From the NCBI RefSeq assembly GCF_009914755.1, contig NC_060948.1: a stretch of DNA of 64,000 nt; one strand, given 5' to 3'. How positions within the stretch are numbered: the first letter of the stretch is position 1; each line of letters begins with the position of its first letter. This document shows positions 13,417-26,416 of this stretch, one piece after another. A program made the translations under genes and the position numbers. This stretch comes from the human T2T-CHM13v2.0 reference genome, Homo sapiens. The notes under the pieces were generated by a model. That model saw nothing but the letters and a program-made list of their open reading frames with translations, made no database searches and had not been told where the DNA came from.

Positions 13417-14344
13417 CTAATTCTGAGAAGGGCAAGAGATAAAAGTACTGTCCAGTCCTTTTTTAAGTTGGAGGCTGAGCTTGGTGAGTTGTGTCTTTAA
13501 AAGACCATTAGTCCACTCTACCTTTCCCAAAGATTGAGGACGGTAAGGGATATGAAGTTTCCACTGAATACCAAGAGCCTGAGAAACTGCTTGGGCGATT
13601 TGACTAATAAAGGCTGGTCTGTTATCGGACTGTATAGAGGTGGGAAGGCCAAACCGAGGAATTATGTCTGACAGAAGGGAAGAAATGACCGCAATAGCCT
13701 TCTCAGACCCTGTGGGAAAGGCCTCTACCCATCCAGTGAAAGTGTCTATCCAGACCAAGAGGTATTTTAGTTTCCTGATTCCAGGTATGAGAGTAAAGTC
13801 AATTTCCCAGTCTTGGGCAGGGGCAAATCCCTGAGCTTCATGTGCAGGGAAGGGAGGGGGCCTAAGCAATCCCTAAGGCATACTAGAATAGCAGATGGGA
13901 GTACTGAGAAGTGATTTCCTTGAGGATAGATGTATACGATGGAAAGGACATGAGAGGTTCTAAGAGGCAGGCTAGCAGCTTGTAACCTACATGGAAGAGG
14001 TTATGAAATGACAACAGAATAGAATGGGCCTGTGAGGCTGGAAGGAGATATTTTCCTTGGTCCAAGAACAATTTGCCTTGTGTGGGAAGAGACTGATAGG
14101 TGGAAGTTTCAGTGGGACAGTAGGTGGGAGAGACCAATGAGGAGAAAAACCGGCTGTAAGGGACAGAAGTTGGAACACTAGCTGCTTCTTTAGCTACCTT
14201 AACAGTGTAAGTGTTGCCCTTGGTGATGGGATCTGATGCCTTTTGATGGCCCTTGCAGTGAATGACTCCAGCTTCCTTTGGAAGTAAAGTGGCCTTGAGA
14301 AGAGTTTTTAATAAAGAGGTATTAATGATGGAGGACCCTTGCAT
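13417..14344 (-). pseudogene. HERV-H pol remnant (RNase H C-terminus and integrase), frameshifted
   Basis: ORFs 13883-14344 and 13417-13869; WEIDFT...SDNRPAF...GKVE catalytic motifs. Confidence 0.9.
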
Positions 14345-15261
14345 AGTGAGGAAACCTCTTTCAGCCCATATAACAGCATGGCGGTGCAGGATATGGAATG
14401 CATATTTAGAGTCAGTAGAAATATTGATGCGTAGTCCCCTTGCAAGAGTGAGGTCCCGAGTTAAGACAATGAGTTCGGCTTGCTGAGAGGTAGTGGAGGG
14501 CAGCAGAGCACTAGCCTCAATGATAGATGTGGATGATATTATAGTATAGCCTGCCTTTGCTGGTGAGTGGCAATTAGGCCTGGTGGAACTGCCATCAATA
14601 AACCAAGTGTGATCAGGGTGAGGGACAGGAAAGAAGGAAATATGGGGAAAAGGAGTGAATGTCAGGTGGATCAGAGAGATACAGTCACGGGCATCAGGTG
14701 TGCTATCTGGAATAATGTGGCAGGCCGGATTGAAGTCTGGGCCAGAACAGTGGTAACTGTGGGAGACTCAACAAAGAGTGAGTATAGCTGAAGGAGCTGG
14801 GGAGAAGAAAGTATATGTCAGGTGTGAGGAAGGAAATAGATTTTGGAAGTTATGAGAACTGCCTTGATTCTTCACCTTGGTGGCAAGCACCAACTCCCCT
14901 GGGGGGCTTTAGATTTCACAGACTAAGGACTCCATTCCCAAGACTGCCCCGCCCCACACACATCAGTCACAAGTCTGGGCTTCTAGAAATTCTGCCCAAC
15001 CACCTTCAAATTGGGGTTCCCGCAAACCTCTCTTTGTATTCAATTAATTTGCTGGAGTAACTCACAAAACTCAAGTTACTGCTTAATTACACTTACTGGT
15101 TTATTACAAAGGATATCCTATTCCTTACTTTTATACTCAATCTTTTTCTTATGCCACCCTCTACCTCTCCCCAGCTATCTCCACCACACTATTAATCTCA
15201 CTCACTCTCTCCTACCCTTTTCTAATACAGATAAGAACATGTGTAGGGCAAGATTTGGAGG

Positions 15262-15848
15262 TGGGAACCAAAAATAAAATTGTGAGTTCCCCCCAGCCAC
15301 CTGAATGGACTTTCTCCTGGGCCAGGGGACTCTAAAATTTAACCTGAAAGACTGTTTCAGACCACGATGGGAAGTGGGGCTTGGAGATACCTCATTATAG
15401 CCGTTCAGCATTAACATCAACACAGACCTTAAGTCTGATAGGAAACATTTACAATCTATTCTCTCTGAAGCCTGCTACATGGAGGCTTCCACTGCATAAT
15501 AAAACCTAAGTCTCCACAACCCCTTATCTTAAGCCAGACATCACTTTCTATTGATAGTAACTCTGTCAACCAATTGCCAATCAGAATATGTTTAAATCTA
15601 TCTATGACCTGGATGCCCCCAACCCCTTTGAGGTAACCGACCATTCTAGATAAAACCAATGTGTTTCTTAAATGTATTTGATTGATGTCTCATGTCTCCC
15701 TAAAATGTATAAAACCAGGCTGCACCCCAGCCACCTTGGGCACATGTTCAGGACCTCCTGGGGCTGTGTCACAAGGCATGGTCACTCATATTTGGCTCAG
15801 AATAAATCTCTTCAAGTATTTTACAGAGTCTGACTCTTTTTATTGACA
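15262..15848 (+). mobile_element. MER4-family solo LTR
   Basis: TG...CA ends (tgggaacc ... ttgaca); AATAAA near 3' end. Confidence 0.85.
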
Positions 15849-16249
15849 GGGAGGGGGCACAGAGCTTCCATGTCCTCCCTGCAGCACCGCCCTCCAGGAA
15901 CCTCCATGTGTTCAGCTTCTGGAAGCTCCCTGAACCCTGTCCTCTTGGGGTTTTATGAAAGCTTCATAACATCAGCACTTCTTCCTCCAGGGAATAAGGT
16001 GGGACCTCTCTCATGACAAGGTCTTAAGTCTCACAATCAGAAAGGCTATGAGAGGCCTGCTTCTGAGCCCTGATAAATGCAATATTATAACAAAAGACTG
16101 TAAACAGGGCTATGGGAGTTACGGGCCAGGAACCATGAATGAAAACCAGCATGTATCATCATAACACAAATGGAATCGGGCAGAATTTCATACACTTAAA
16201 AATTTGTTAAGAGGGTAGATCTCATGTTATGTATTCTTACCACACACAC

Positions 16250-17024
16250 TGTCAATGGAAAAAGTCAAACTCTGTAAAATATTTGAAGATATTTATTCTT
16301 AGCCAAATGTGAGTGACCACATCCCATGACACAGCCCTTAGGAAGTCCTGAGAATATGTGCTCAAGGTGGTCGAGTGCTTTATGTATTTTAGGGAGGCAT
16401 GAGACCTCAATCAAATAAATATATTTGAGAAATATATTGGTTTAGTCCAGAAAGGTGAGACAAGTCAAGCAGGGCATGGAGGAGAGGGCTTCCAAGCTAC
16501 AGGTAAATATAAACATTTTCTGGTTGACAATTGTTTGAGTTTGTCTAAAGACCTGGGATTAACAGAAAGGAAATGTTGAGGTTAGGATAAATGATTGTGG
16601 AGACCAAGATTCGTTTGAAGTATCATAGTGGCTGCCTTTAGAGACAATACATGACTATTTCCTATTCAGACCTTTAAAAGGTTCTAGACTCTCAGTTAAT
16701 CTCTTTAGGATAGGGAGGGCCTGGAAGATCTAGTTTTGTTAACAGAGATTCTCTGCAGATGCAAATTTTCTTCCACAAAGGATGGCTTTGCAGGGCCATT
16801 TCTAAATATGCCAAATAAACATGTTTTCGGGTAAAATAATTTTATTTTTTTCTTCATCATGTAATGTTACACCCGAGTCAGACTGGAAGGTAAGTCTGAT
16901 ATATAGGGTTAAGTAAAACTCATAGAATGAGAATTTATGTTTTATAGAGCATGACACCCCAGGCCTATTACATAGGAATTTGCGCAAGATTTAAAACAAA
17001 ACAAAACAAAAAAATCAGAAAATT

Positions 17025-17030
<6 letters not shown>
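16250..17030 (-). mobile_element. MER4-family (MER4D/E-like) solo LTR
   Basis: tgtcaatggaaaaagtcaaactctgtaaaatatttgaag... inserted in a (CA)n tract of an L1M fragment. Confidence 0.8.

Positions 17031-17061
<31 letters not shown>
17028..17061 (+). repeat. (CA)n microsatellite
   Basis: Perfect CA run. Confidence 0.95.
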
Positions 17062-17063
<2 letters not shown>

Positions 17064-17144
17064 GAAAATTCTAAAAAACAAAAAAGACACAAAGAACTTT
17101 GGAGATGATGGATATATTTCTTATCTTGATAGTAATGACAGTAT

Positions 17145-17960
17145 TGAGGCAGGATAGGTAGTCAAGGAAGTGACTATGTAATCAACTCAATAAACCTCAG
17201 CATTCACAATGTCCTTGGGCTCATTCAAGCTTAGCTATCTTCAATAGGCACTTTTCATTCTAGAGAGCATGTGCATTTTGATGTTACCTGTCCTCAAAGT
17301 GACCCTTTGCTCATTTTAAGAGTGAAAAACACACCCTTTGGTGCACCCAGAGGAACACCCAGAACATGCTTACTAGTAACACCTCTGACTCCCATAAAAG
17401 GAGTCCCTTCCCTTCCCTCCTGTTCCCTCTGCTCCCCTTCCCTTCCTTTTGTTTTTAAATGGAATCTCATTGTTTCACCCAGGCTGGAGTGCAGTGGCAT
17501 GATCTGAGCTCACTGCAAACTCCGCCTCCTAGGTTCATATAATTCTCCTGCCTCAGCCCCCGAGTAGTTGGGGGTACAGGCCACATTACCACGCCTGGCT
17601 AATTTTCGTCTATTTTTAGTAGACACGGGTTTCACCATGTTGTTCAGGCTGGTCTCAATTTCCTGACCTCATGATCCACCTGCCTTGGCCTCCTTAAGTG
17701 CTGGGATTACAGGTGTGAGTCACTACTCCTGGTCCAAAATGAGTTTCACCAGCAATAATCAATGCTGTCTCACTCTTAGGAGCAGCCAGCCCTGAAATCT
17801 CTCTCTCTCTCAGGGTGTACTGTCTATTCTTAGGCTGACTTTCAAAATATTCTTTTTCCTTTGCAATAAATTACTCTACACTGCATCTCCTTTGCTGTGT
17901 GTCTCTTGCTTCTTTTAAACTGAGAAGACAAGAACTGAAGTTTCACAACAGCTGTCCCCA
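17145..17960 (+). mobile_element. ERV1-class solo LTR (subfamily unassigned) containing an Alu
   Basis: Starts tgaggcaggataggtagtcaagg; AATAAA near 17865; interrupts an L1M 3' fragment. Confidence 0.6.
17440..17734 (-). mobile_element. Alu
   Basis: Reverse-complement Alu. Confidence 0.9.
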
Positions 17961-20003
17961 ATAACATCCAAACTCATTAAACTGTATATATTAAATATGT
18001 GCCTCTTTTGCATTTCAACTATACCTCAATAAAGCTGTTTTAAAAAAAGAGCTACTTCAGAAAATTCTCCAAATATAATGATAAAAACATAAAAAACAAA
18101 CAAAAACAGTGCATTCCTATTTACTTGCTAGAGTTTTGAACACCTAGCTAGAACTAACATTTTCTATCAAGTGTATGTCAGCAATGATGTCCATTTCCTC
18201 AAAGTGTGGGAGAGACCACGGCTTCATTCTGACACATAGGTGCACATATTCTAGAATCTGATCAGCAAATGAACGTTGGTGTGGTGAGCAGAAAATTTGT
18301 ATAGACAAGGAGTATTGATTGCAATGTGGTGAAACAGGTCTGACAGGTTTGTTTTGCCTTTCACGATGGGTGTCCACCAAGTTGTTTTCCTCCTTCATCT
18401 CTCTGACACATGCAGACCCATGCACTTATTCCCTGTTCGCTCTGCCCTTATTTTGCCTCAGCATGACCATATGTATCTGGCTTCACTCTCACAGCTAATG
18501 AATAAACCCAAAGGTCCCCACTGAGCCTGCGAGATTAATTAAGCTGCTGACTTATGGCTCCAGCAGAGCAAACCCCCTGAGCGTTCCCCAATATCAGCAG
18601 TACAGACTGTGATCAAGTCACTGATAATAACAGTATCTCTTCTTGTCTAACTACTGAGGTTTGTATTCATCCTTATTTGTTTATTTTTGTCCAAGTGGAA
18701 GACAACCATTCAGGTTCTTTGGTGTCTATCTCCACAGGGCAAGAACTCCCCCTACTGCCCCAAAATTTATCTTTTCTTTTTATGAAAGGCACACAGTAAT
18801 TAGCCCTGTGAATTTATTATTTATTTATTTTTCTGTTTGAGAATGCACATGTATTAGAATGATCTGGACATGCCACAGGAGGGGCAGACAGTTTCTAAAT
18901 TCAAGCCTTTGTAGAATTTTTCTCGATATCACAGATTTTAATGCTCCATCCCAACAGACTTTTTCAAAATGTATCTCCCTGTTGGATTGTCTTAACTATG
19001 AAGTTGCTAATGCTTGGAAAACATCTCAGGTGCAAAATTTTCCTTCATTTTGATATCATTAATATATCTATTAATCTTAATATCACAAAGAAATCATTAA
19101 TATATGTATTAGAATTGTTAGACTGTATTAGAATAATGTAATAAAGCACTTCGCCCATTATGAATTATTTGAGAATTTAGTTTTCCTGGCTCTTTCTTAC
19201 ATATTTGTTCCATCGCCAAAGAAGTTCATTATTTTTAGAGGCCCTTAATTTTTGAAGTCTCACCCTGCAAAATCGTATAGTCAATGAAGAAGCATTTGTG
19301 AGTCCTACACAATTTTACCAAGCTACATTTTAGTTTCTGTGATATATCAAAGTAACACAAGAAATGTTTCTACCCTCAAAGCAGCAAGGGAGAAAAACAA
19401 ACATACATTAATCAGTTTATTGTGAAAAGTTTAATTAAAGAAAAATTGGAGTCAATGTAAGCTGAGGACCTAAGAAAAACTTACAGGATGACATCTTTTC
19501 AAGAAAAGTAGGAGGACACTCCTGGGAGCAATGAAAGGAATGCATTTTGCATTTGGAAAGGATGTACACCATTAATCGTCAGAGGTTGACAGTGGTTAGC
19601 AGAATTTTTAAGATAGTTGCCATGGTTTTGACTTCCTGGAGTGAATGCCTGGTATGAATATAATGGGCTAATCAATCCCTTGATTAAGGTACATTATATG
19701 AGTCTTTAAAAAACAAAAACTTTCAAGCCTTCGCTGAGGGAGAAATTCAAAGTAGTTAAAATTCTCTTGCTGGCCTTGAAAAAGCAAACAGCCATGCTTT
19801 AAACCGCCTAAAAAGAGATCTGCAGGGCAATGACCTGGGGGCATCCTCTAGGAGCTGAGTGTGATCCTCAGACAACAGTCAGCAAGGAAACAGACACCTC
19901 AGTCTTCCAGCTTCAGTAAATCCATTTTTTTCCAATTACCTGAGGGAACTTGAATGCAATCCTTTCTTTACATTAGTTGGGCTTCCATAAAAGACACAGG
20001 CAA

Positions 20004-20290
20004 GCAAGGCACGGTGGCTCACGCCTGTAATCCCAACACTTTGGGAGGCAGAAGGAGATGAATTGCTTGAGGTCAGGAATTGAGATCATCCTGGGCAACA
20101 TGGGAAAACCCGGCGTTACACAAAATACAAAAAATTAGCCAAATGAGTTGCCACATGCCTGTAGTCCCAGCTACTCTGGAGGCTAGGATGGGAGGATCAC
20201 ATGGTCCCAGGAGGTTGAGGCTGTAGTGAGCTGTGATCTCCACACTGCACTGCAACCTGATTGACATAGCAAGACCCTGTCTCAAAAGTA
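20004..20290 (+). mobile_element. Alu (AluJ-like)
   Basis: Dimeric Alu. Confidence 0.9.
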
Positions 20291-20311
20291 TTTTAAAAAT
20301 TTTCAGATATT

Positions 20312-20743
<432 letters not shown>

Positions 20744-21224
20744 TCACAGTAGAAGACAGAAGATCTATTCGTCAAATATTAGGGTGAACAGGAAGAAGGA
20801 TGGAATGACTCAGTAGGATTTCAGTTAACAGAGGTATTCAAAGACCAGAACAAAACTTCATTTTTTATTGTCTGCCTTTTCTAACTGTTTAAACTAGCTC
20901 AAACCATGAGTGGAGCTTGGTCTCCTCTGTATACAGAATAATGGTGATGAGTTTGCATCAAATTCCCCATTCACTCTGTTTTGACCAACAAAACATACGG
21001 TGATGAGGATATCTGGTCTTGCGTATGGCACCATTATCTTTGAGTGGAGAAAGTAACTGTACGCATTTGTTTTTAGCTCTGTCTTGGCTACTATTACACA
21101 TAAAAGGCTTCACTTATGCCCCCCCACTCCATAACAGGCATCTCTTTCCAAACACATCTCATTTTCAATTATATATTTTGGCAGATCTCAAGATCTCCTG
21201 GCACTATATTAGCACCATGATTGC

Positions 21225-21680
21225 ATTTGAATGAGAAGCAACCTAAATGTACATGAATGTGGACTGCATAAAGAAAATGCGGTCCATATATATCATGGAA
21301 TACTATGTAATCCATATACATCATGGAATACTATGCAGCCATAAAAAATGAGAAGATGTCCTTTGCAGGTGAACAGATGGAGCCCAAGGTCATTATCCTT
21401 GGCAAACTAATGCAGGAACAGATAATCAAATAACACATGTTCCCACTTATAAGTAACGGTTAAATTATGAGAACACATGGATACAGAGATGGGAAGAACA
21501 GACACTAGGCCTTACTTGAGGTTGGAGATTGGGATGAGGGAGAGGATGAGGGAAAATAACTAATGAGTAACAGGCTTAACACCTGGATAATGAAATTATC
21601 TGTACAACAACCCCCCACAACACAAGTTTACATATGTAACAGACCTGCACATGCACTGCTGAACCTAAAAATTTTAAAGA
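21225..21680 (+). mobile_element. L1P/L1PB 3' fragment
   Basis: catggaatactatgcagccataaaaaa...atgtaacagacctgcacatg. Confidence 0.8.
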
Positions 21681-21944
21681 ACATTTTTCTACTTTGTTTT
21701 ATTGCCACAGCAAATTATTTGATATTCATCATTGCTGAGTTTATTGAATGTTGTGCTGTCCATGCTAGCTCTGAGTTAAGTGGCTTTTTGAGGTTTCTTT
21801 TAGCCAATCTGGTTTTGACATAGAAAGCAAAACCCCATGACTCTTGTGTTCTGTACCATAAGGTTCTTCTATTTCCAAAAAAAAAAAAAAGTCCTTTGAT
21901 ATAAGCTCCTTGACCATTCAGATTTGAGACTATTTCTTCATGTC

Positions 21945-22250
21945 TGTTTGTTTGTTTGTTTTTTGAGACAGGGTTTCACTCTGTCTCTGAGGCTGGAGTG
22001 CAATGCTGTGACCTTGGCTCCCTGCAACCTTGACCTCCCGGACTCAACCTATGCTCCCACCTCAGCCTCCTGAGCAACTGGGACTACAGGTGTACGGCAG
22101 CACTCACAGCTAATTTTTGTATTTTTCTGTAGAAATGAAGTCTCACTGTGTTGCACAGGCTGGTCTCACACTCCTGGGCTCAAGTGATCCTCCTACCTGG
22201 GCCTCCCAAGGTGTTGAGATTAAAGGTGTGAGCCACCGCCCCTTGCCCGG
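21945..22250 (-). mobile_element. Alu (AluJ-like)
   Basis: Reverse-complement Alu. Confidence 0.9.
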
Positions 22251-22773
22251 AGGTGTAATTTTTGAAGGTAGTGGATTACCCCATTTTGAAGAGGCTACCG
22301 TTGAGATTTCCAGTGTATTCTGTTGAAGTCCAGATATTAGCAGTACTGACATTGGACACCTACTATATCTTACAACAAGACTGAGAGAATGACTGTTTAA
22401 CTTGATTTACCTATGAATGTAAATGTCATGTGGGCCAACCTGTCACCCCTGCTCGGTAATATTTTTGGTATCTTCCATTGGTTATTTTTGGACCATAGCT
22501 TTTATTCAGTATTTCATTTGCTGTCTGCCAACCCACCTGATGATAACAAGCCTGTGGTCCAGTTTGCTTATGAAAAATTAACTGCTCCACTTTTTAGTTT
22601 AACTCAGTTACTGTTGCTGCTGTTGAACTGCTGGGTTTTATAGTAAACAAGGAAAAATTAAAATCATCTTCCAATTTAACGTTGGCCGGCCCCAAAGTTA
22701 TAACATATTTTATAACACTCAATCTCCAAACCATAGATCTCAGGAGATGGTAAATCAAGGGGTCATGTTACCT

Positions 22774-22775
<2 letters not shown>

Positions 22776-22822
<47 letters not shown>
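22776..22822 (+). repeat. (CA)n microsatellite, about 23 units
   Basis: Perfect CA run. Confidence 0.95.
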
Positions 22823-22826
<4 letters not shown>

Positions 22827-23043
22827 CCTAGACAGACCTTGACAGATTAAGAAATACTTAAATGTCTCCTCATATTAAGAATGAAAAAACTTCTAGTGGA
22901 AATAACATTAACTTAGATGTCAGGAGATCCAAATTAGTCCTGACTTACACACTTTCTAGATATGTGATTGTGAGCAAATCAGTCACCACTAATTATGCTA
23001 ATGTTTTACATTTGTGGAAAAAAATAAATTATAATGCTAATAT

Positions 23044-23345
23044 GGCCAGTCATGACAGCTCATGCCTTTGATCCCAGCACTTTGGGAGGTCCAAGCAGGA
23101 GAATCACTTGAGCCCAGGAGGTGGAGACCAGGCTGGGCAACATAGTGAGACACTGTCTCCATAAAAAAATTAAAAATAAATAAATAAATTAGCTGGGTGT
23201 GGTGATGCATCTGTAATTCCAGCTACTTGGAAGGCTAGGGCAGGAGGATCACTTGAACCTGGGAAGTAGAGGCTTCAGACAGGTATAATTGCACCACTGC
23301 ACTCCAGCTTGGACAATAGAGCAAGACCCTATCTCAAAAAAATAT
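23044..23345 (+). mobile_element. Alu (AluJ-like)
   Basis: Dimeric Alu. Confidence 0.9.
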
Positions 23346-24989
23346 ATAGACAGTCTAGAGTGGACCTCCAGCAAATTCCAGCAGCCCTGCAGCAGAGGGG
23401 CCTGATGGTTTGAAGGAAAACTAACAAACACAGAAATAGCATTAACATCAACAAAAAAAAGTCCACACAGGAACCCCATCCGAAGGACACCGACATCAAA
23501 GACCAAAAGTAGATAAATCCATGAAGATGAGGAAAAGCCAGCACAGTAAGGCTAAAAATTCCAAAAACAAAAAAATCAGAACTGCTCTTCTCCTCCAAAG
23601 GATCACAACTCCTCACCAGCAAGGGAATAAAACTGGATGCAGAATGAGTTTGATGAATTAACAGAAGTAGGCTTCAGAAGGTGGATAATAAGAAACTCCT
23701 CCGAGCTAAAACCCAATGCTAGCAAGCTAAGAACCTTGAAAAAAATATTAGAGGAATTGCTAACTAGAATAACCAGTTTAAAGGAGAATATAAATGACTT
23801 GATGGGCCTGAAAAACACAGCACAAGAACTTTGTGAAGCATACACAAATATCAACAGCTGAACTGATCAAGCGGAAGAAAGGATATCAGAGATTGAAGAT
23901 CAACTTAATGAAATAAAGTGTGAAGACAAGATTAGAGAAAAAAGAATGAAAAAGACCAAATAACAATGCCTCCAAAAAATATGGGACTATGTGAAAACTT
24001 CAAACCTCCGTCTGATTGGTATACCAGAAAGTGATGAGGAGAATGGAACCAAGTTGGAAAACACTCTTCAGGATATTATCCGGGAGAACTTCCCCAAATT
24101 AGCAAGACAAGCCAGCATTCAAATTCAGGAAATACAGAAAACCCCACAAATATACTCCTTGAAAAGAGCAACCCCAAGAAACATAATCATCAGATTCACC
24201 AAGGTGGAAATGAAGGAAAAAATGTTTAGGGCAGCCAGAGAGAAAGGATGGGTTACCTGCAAACGGTAGCTCATCAGACTAACAGTGGATCTCTCTGCAG
24301 AAACACTATAAGCCAGAAGAGAGTGGGGGCCAATATTAAAAGTCTTAATGAAAATATTTTCAACCCAGAATTTCATGTCCAGCCAAACTAAGCTTCATAA
24401 GTGAGAAGAAATAAAATCCTTTACAGACAAGCAAATGCTGAGAGATTTTGTCACCACCAGGCCTGTCTTAACAAGAGCTCCTGAAAGAAATACTAAATAT
24501 GGAAAGGAAAAACCGGTAGCAGCCACTGCAAAAACATAAACTGTAAAGATCATCAAGATTAGAGAAAAAAGAATGAAAAAGACTGAACAACAATGCCTTC
24601 AAGAAATATGGGACTATGTGAAAACACCAAACCTCCGTTTGACTGGTACACCAGAAAGTGACGAGGAGAATGGAACCAAGTTGGAAAACACTCTTCAGGA
24701 TATTATCCAGGAGAACTTCCCCAAATTAGCAAGACAAGCAGTTTCTAAGAAGAAACTGCATCAAATAATGGGCAAAATAACCAGTTAGCATCATCATGAC
24801 AGGATTAAATTCACACATAACAATATTAACCTTAAATGTAAATGGGCTAAATGCCCCAATTAAAAGACACAGATGGGCAAATTGGATAAGGAGTCAAGAC
24901 CCATGAGTGTGCTGCATTCAGGAACCCCATCTCAGGTGCAAAGACACACACAGGCATTAAAAAAAAAAAAAAAAGATGGAGGAATATTT

Positions 24990-25961
24990 TGTTGCGGGAA
25001 GTCAGGAACCCGGAATGGAGGGACTGGCTGAAGCCATGGCAGAAGAACATAAATTGTGAAGATTTCATGGACATTTATTAGTTCCCCAAATTACTACTTT
25101 TATAATTTCTTATGCCTGTCTTTACTGCAGTCTCTGAACATAAACTGTAAAGATTTCATGGACATTTATCACTTCCCCAATCAATACTCCTATAATTTCC
25201 TATGCCTGTCTTTAATCTCTTAATCACATCATCTTCATAAGCTGAGGATGGATGTTGCCTCAGATCCCTGTGATGACTGCGTTACCTGCACAAATTGTTT
25301 GTAAAACATGTGTGTTTGAGCGTTATGAAATCTGGGCAGCTTGAAAAAGAACAGGATAACAGCAATGTTCAGGGAACAAAGGAGATAACCATAAGGTCTG
25401 ACTGCCTGCAGGGCTGGGCAAGACAGAGTCATATTTTTCTTATTGCAGAAAACGAGTAGGAGAAATATCTCTGAATTCTTTTTCCAGTAAGGAATAACCC
25501 TGGGAAGGGAATGCATTCCCACGGGGGGCCTATGGACGGCCACTCTGGGGTTGTCTGCCTTATGTGGTTGAAGATAAGGGATGAAATACTCCCTGGTGTG
25601 CAGTGCCTCCAGGCTTGCTAGGATTAGGAAATTCCAGCCTGGGGAATTCTAGTCCAATAGGTTCTCTGCTCTTGAACACTGTTTCCTGTTATGATGTTTA
25701 TCAACGACAATGTGTGCACAGTGGGACATGAAACCTCATCAGTAATTCTAATTTCGCCCTGGCCTTGTGACCTTGCTCTGCCCTTCTGCCTTGGTGATCT
25801 TTTACTGCCATTTGAAGCATGTGATCTCTGTGACCCACTCTGTATTCATACACCCTTCCCTTTTTGAAATCCCTAATAAAAACTTGCTGGTTTTGTGGCT
25901 CAGGGGCATCATGGAACCTGCTGACATGTGATGTCACCCCCGGAGACCCAGCTGTAAAATT
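24990..25961 (+). mobile_element. MER11 (HERV-K HML-8 type) LTR, 3' end missing
   Basis: Starts tgttgcgggaagtcagg...ggcagaagaacataaattgtgaagatttcatggac. Confidence 0.9.
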
Positions 25962-26320
25962 TGACCACATAGTTGGAAGTAAAACACTCCTCACCAATGC
26001 AAGAGAATGGAAATCAAAATGAATGGTCTCTCAGACCACAGTGCAATCAAGTTAGAATTCAGAAATAAGAAACTCATTCAAAATCACACGGCTACATGGA
26101 AACTGAACAATCTACTCCTGAATAATGGATACATAATAAAATTAAGCCAGAAATGAATACGTTCTTTCAAACCAATGAGAACAAAGACACAACGTACCAG
26201 AATCTCTGGGACAAAGCTAAAGCAGTGTTTAGTGGGAAATTTATAGCACTAAATGCCCACAAAAGAAAGCAGGAAAGATATAAACACCCTATCATTACAA
26301 TTAAAAGAACTAGAGAATAA

Positions 26321-26416
<96 letters not shown>

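Larger units (their letters stand above)
11875..14858 (-). mobile_element. HERV-H internal region (RNase H, integrase, deleted env); 5' half absent
   Basis: Translations match RNase H (IHCKGHQK), integrase and env TM (LQNR*GLDLLTA...CIFLNEVCC). Confidence 0.92.
11154..16170. mobile_element. MER21-like LTR split into pieces (11154-11250, 14908-15115, 15227-15261, 15849-16170) by nested insertions
   Basis: caaactgtgttttacctctgctct; cccaagactgcccc; aattaatttgctggag; gagcttccatgtcctc...catcataacaca; sits inside an L1M fragment. Confidence 0.65.
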
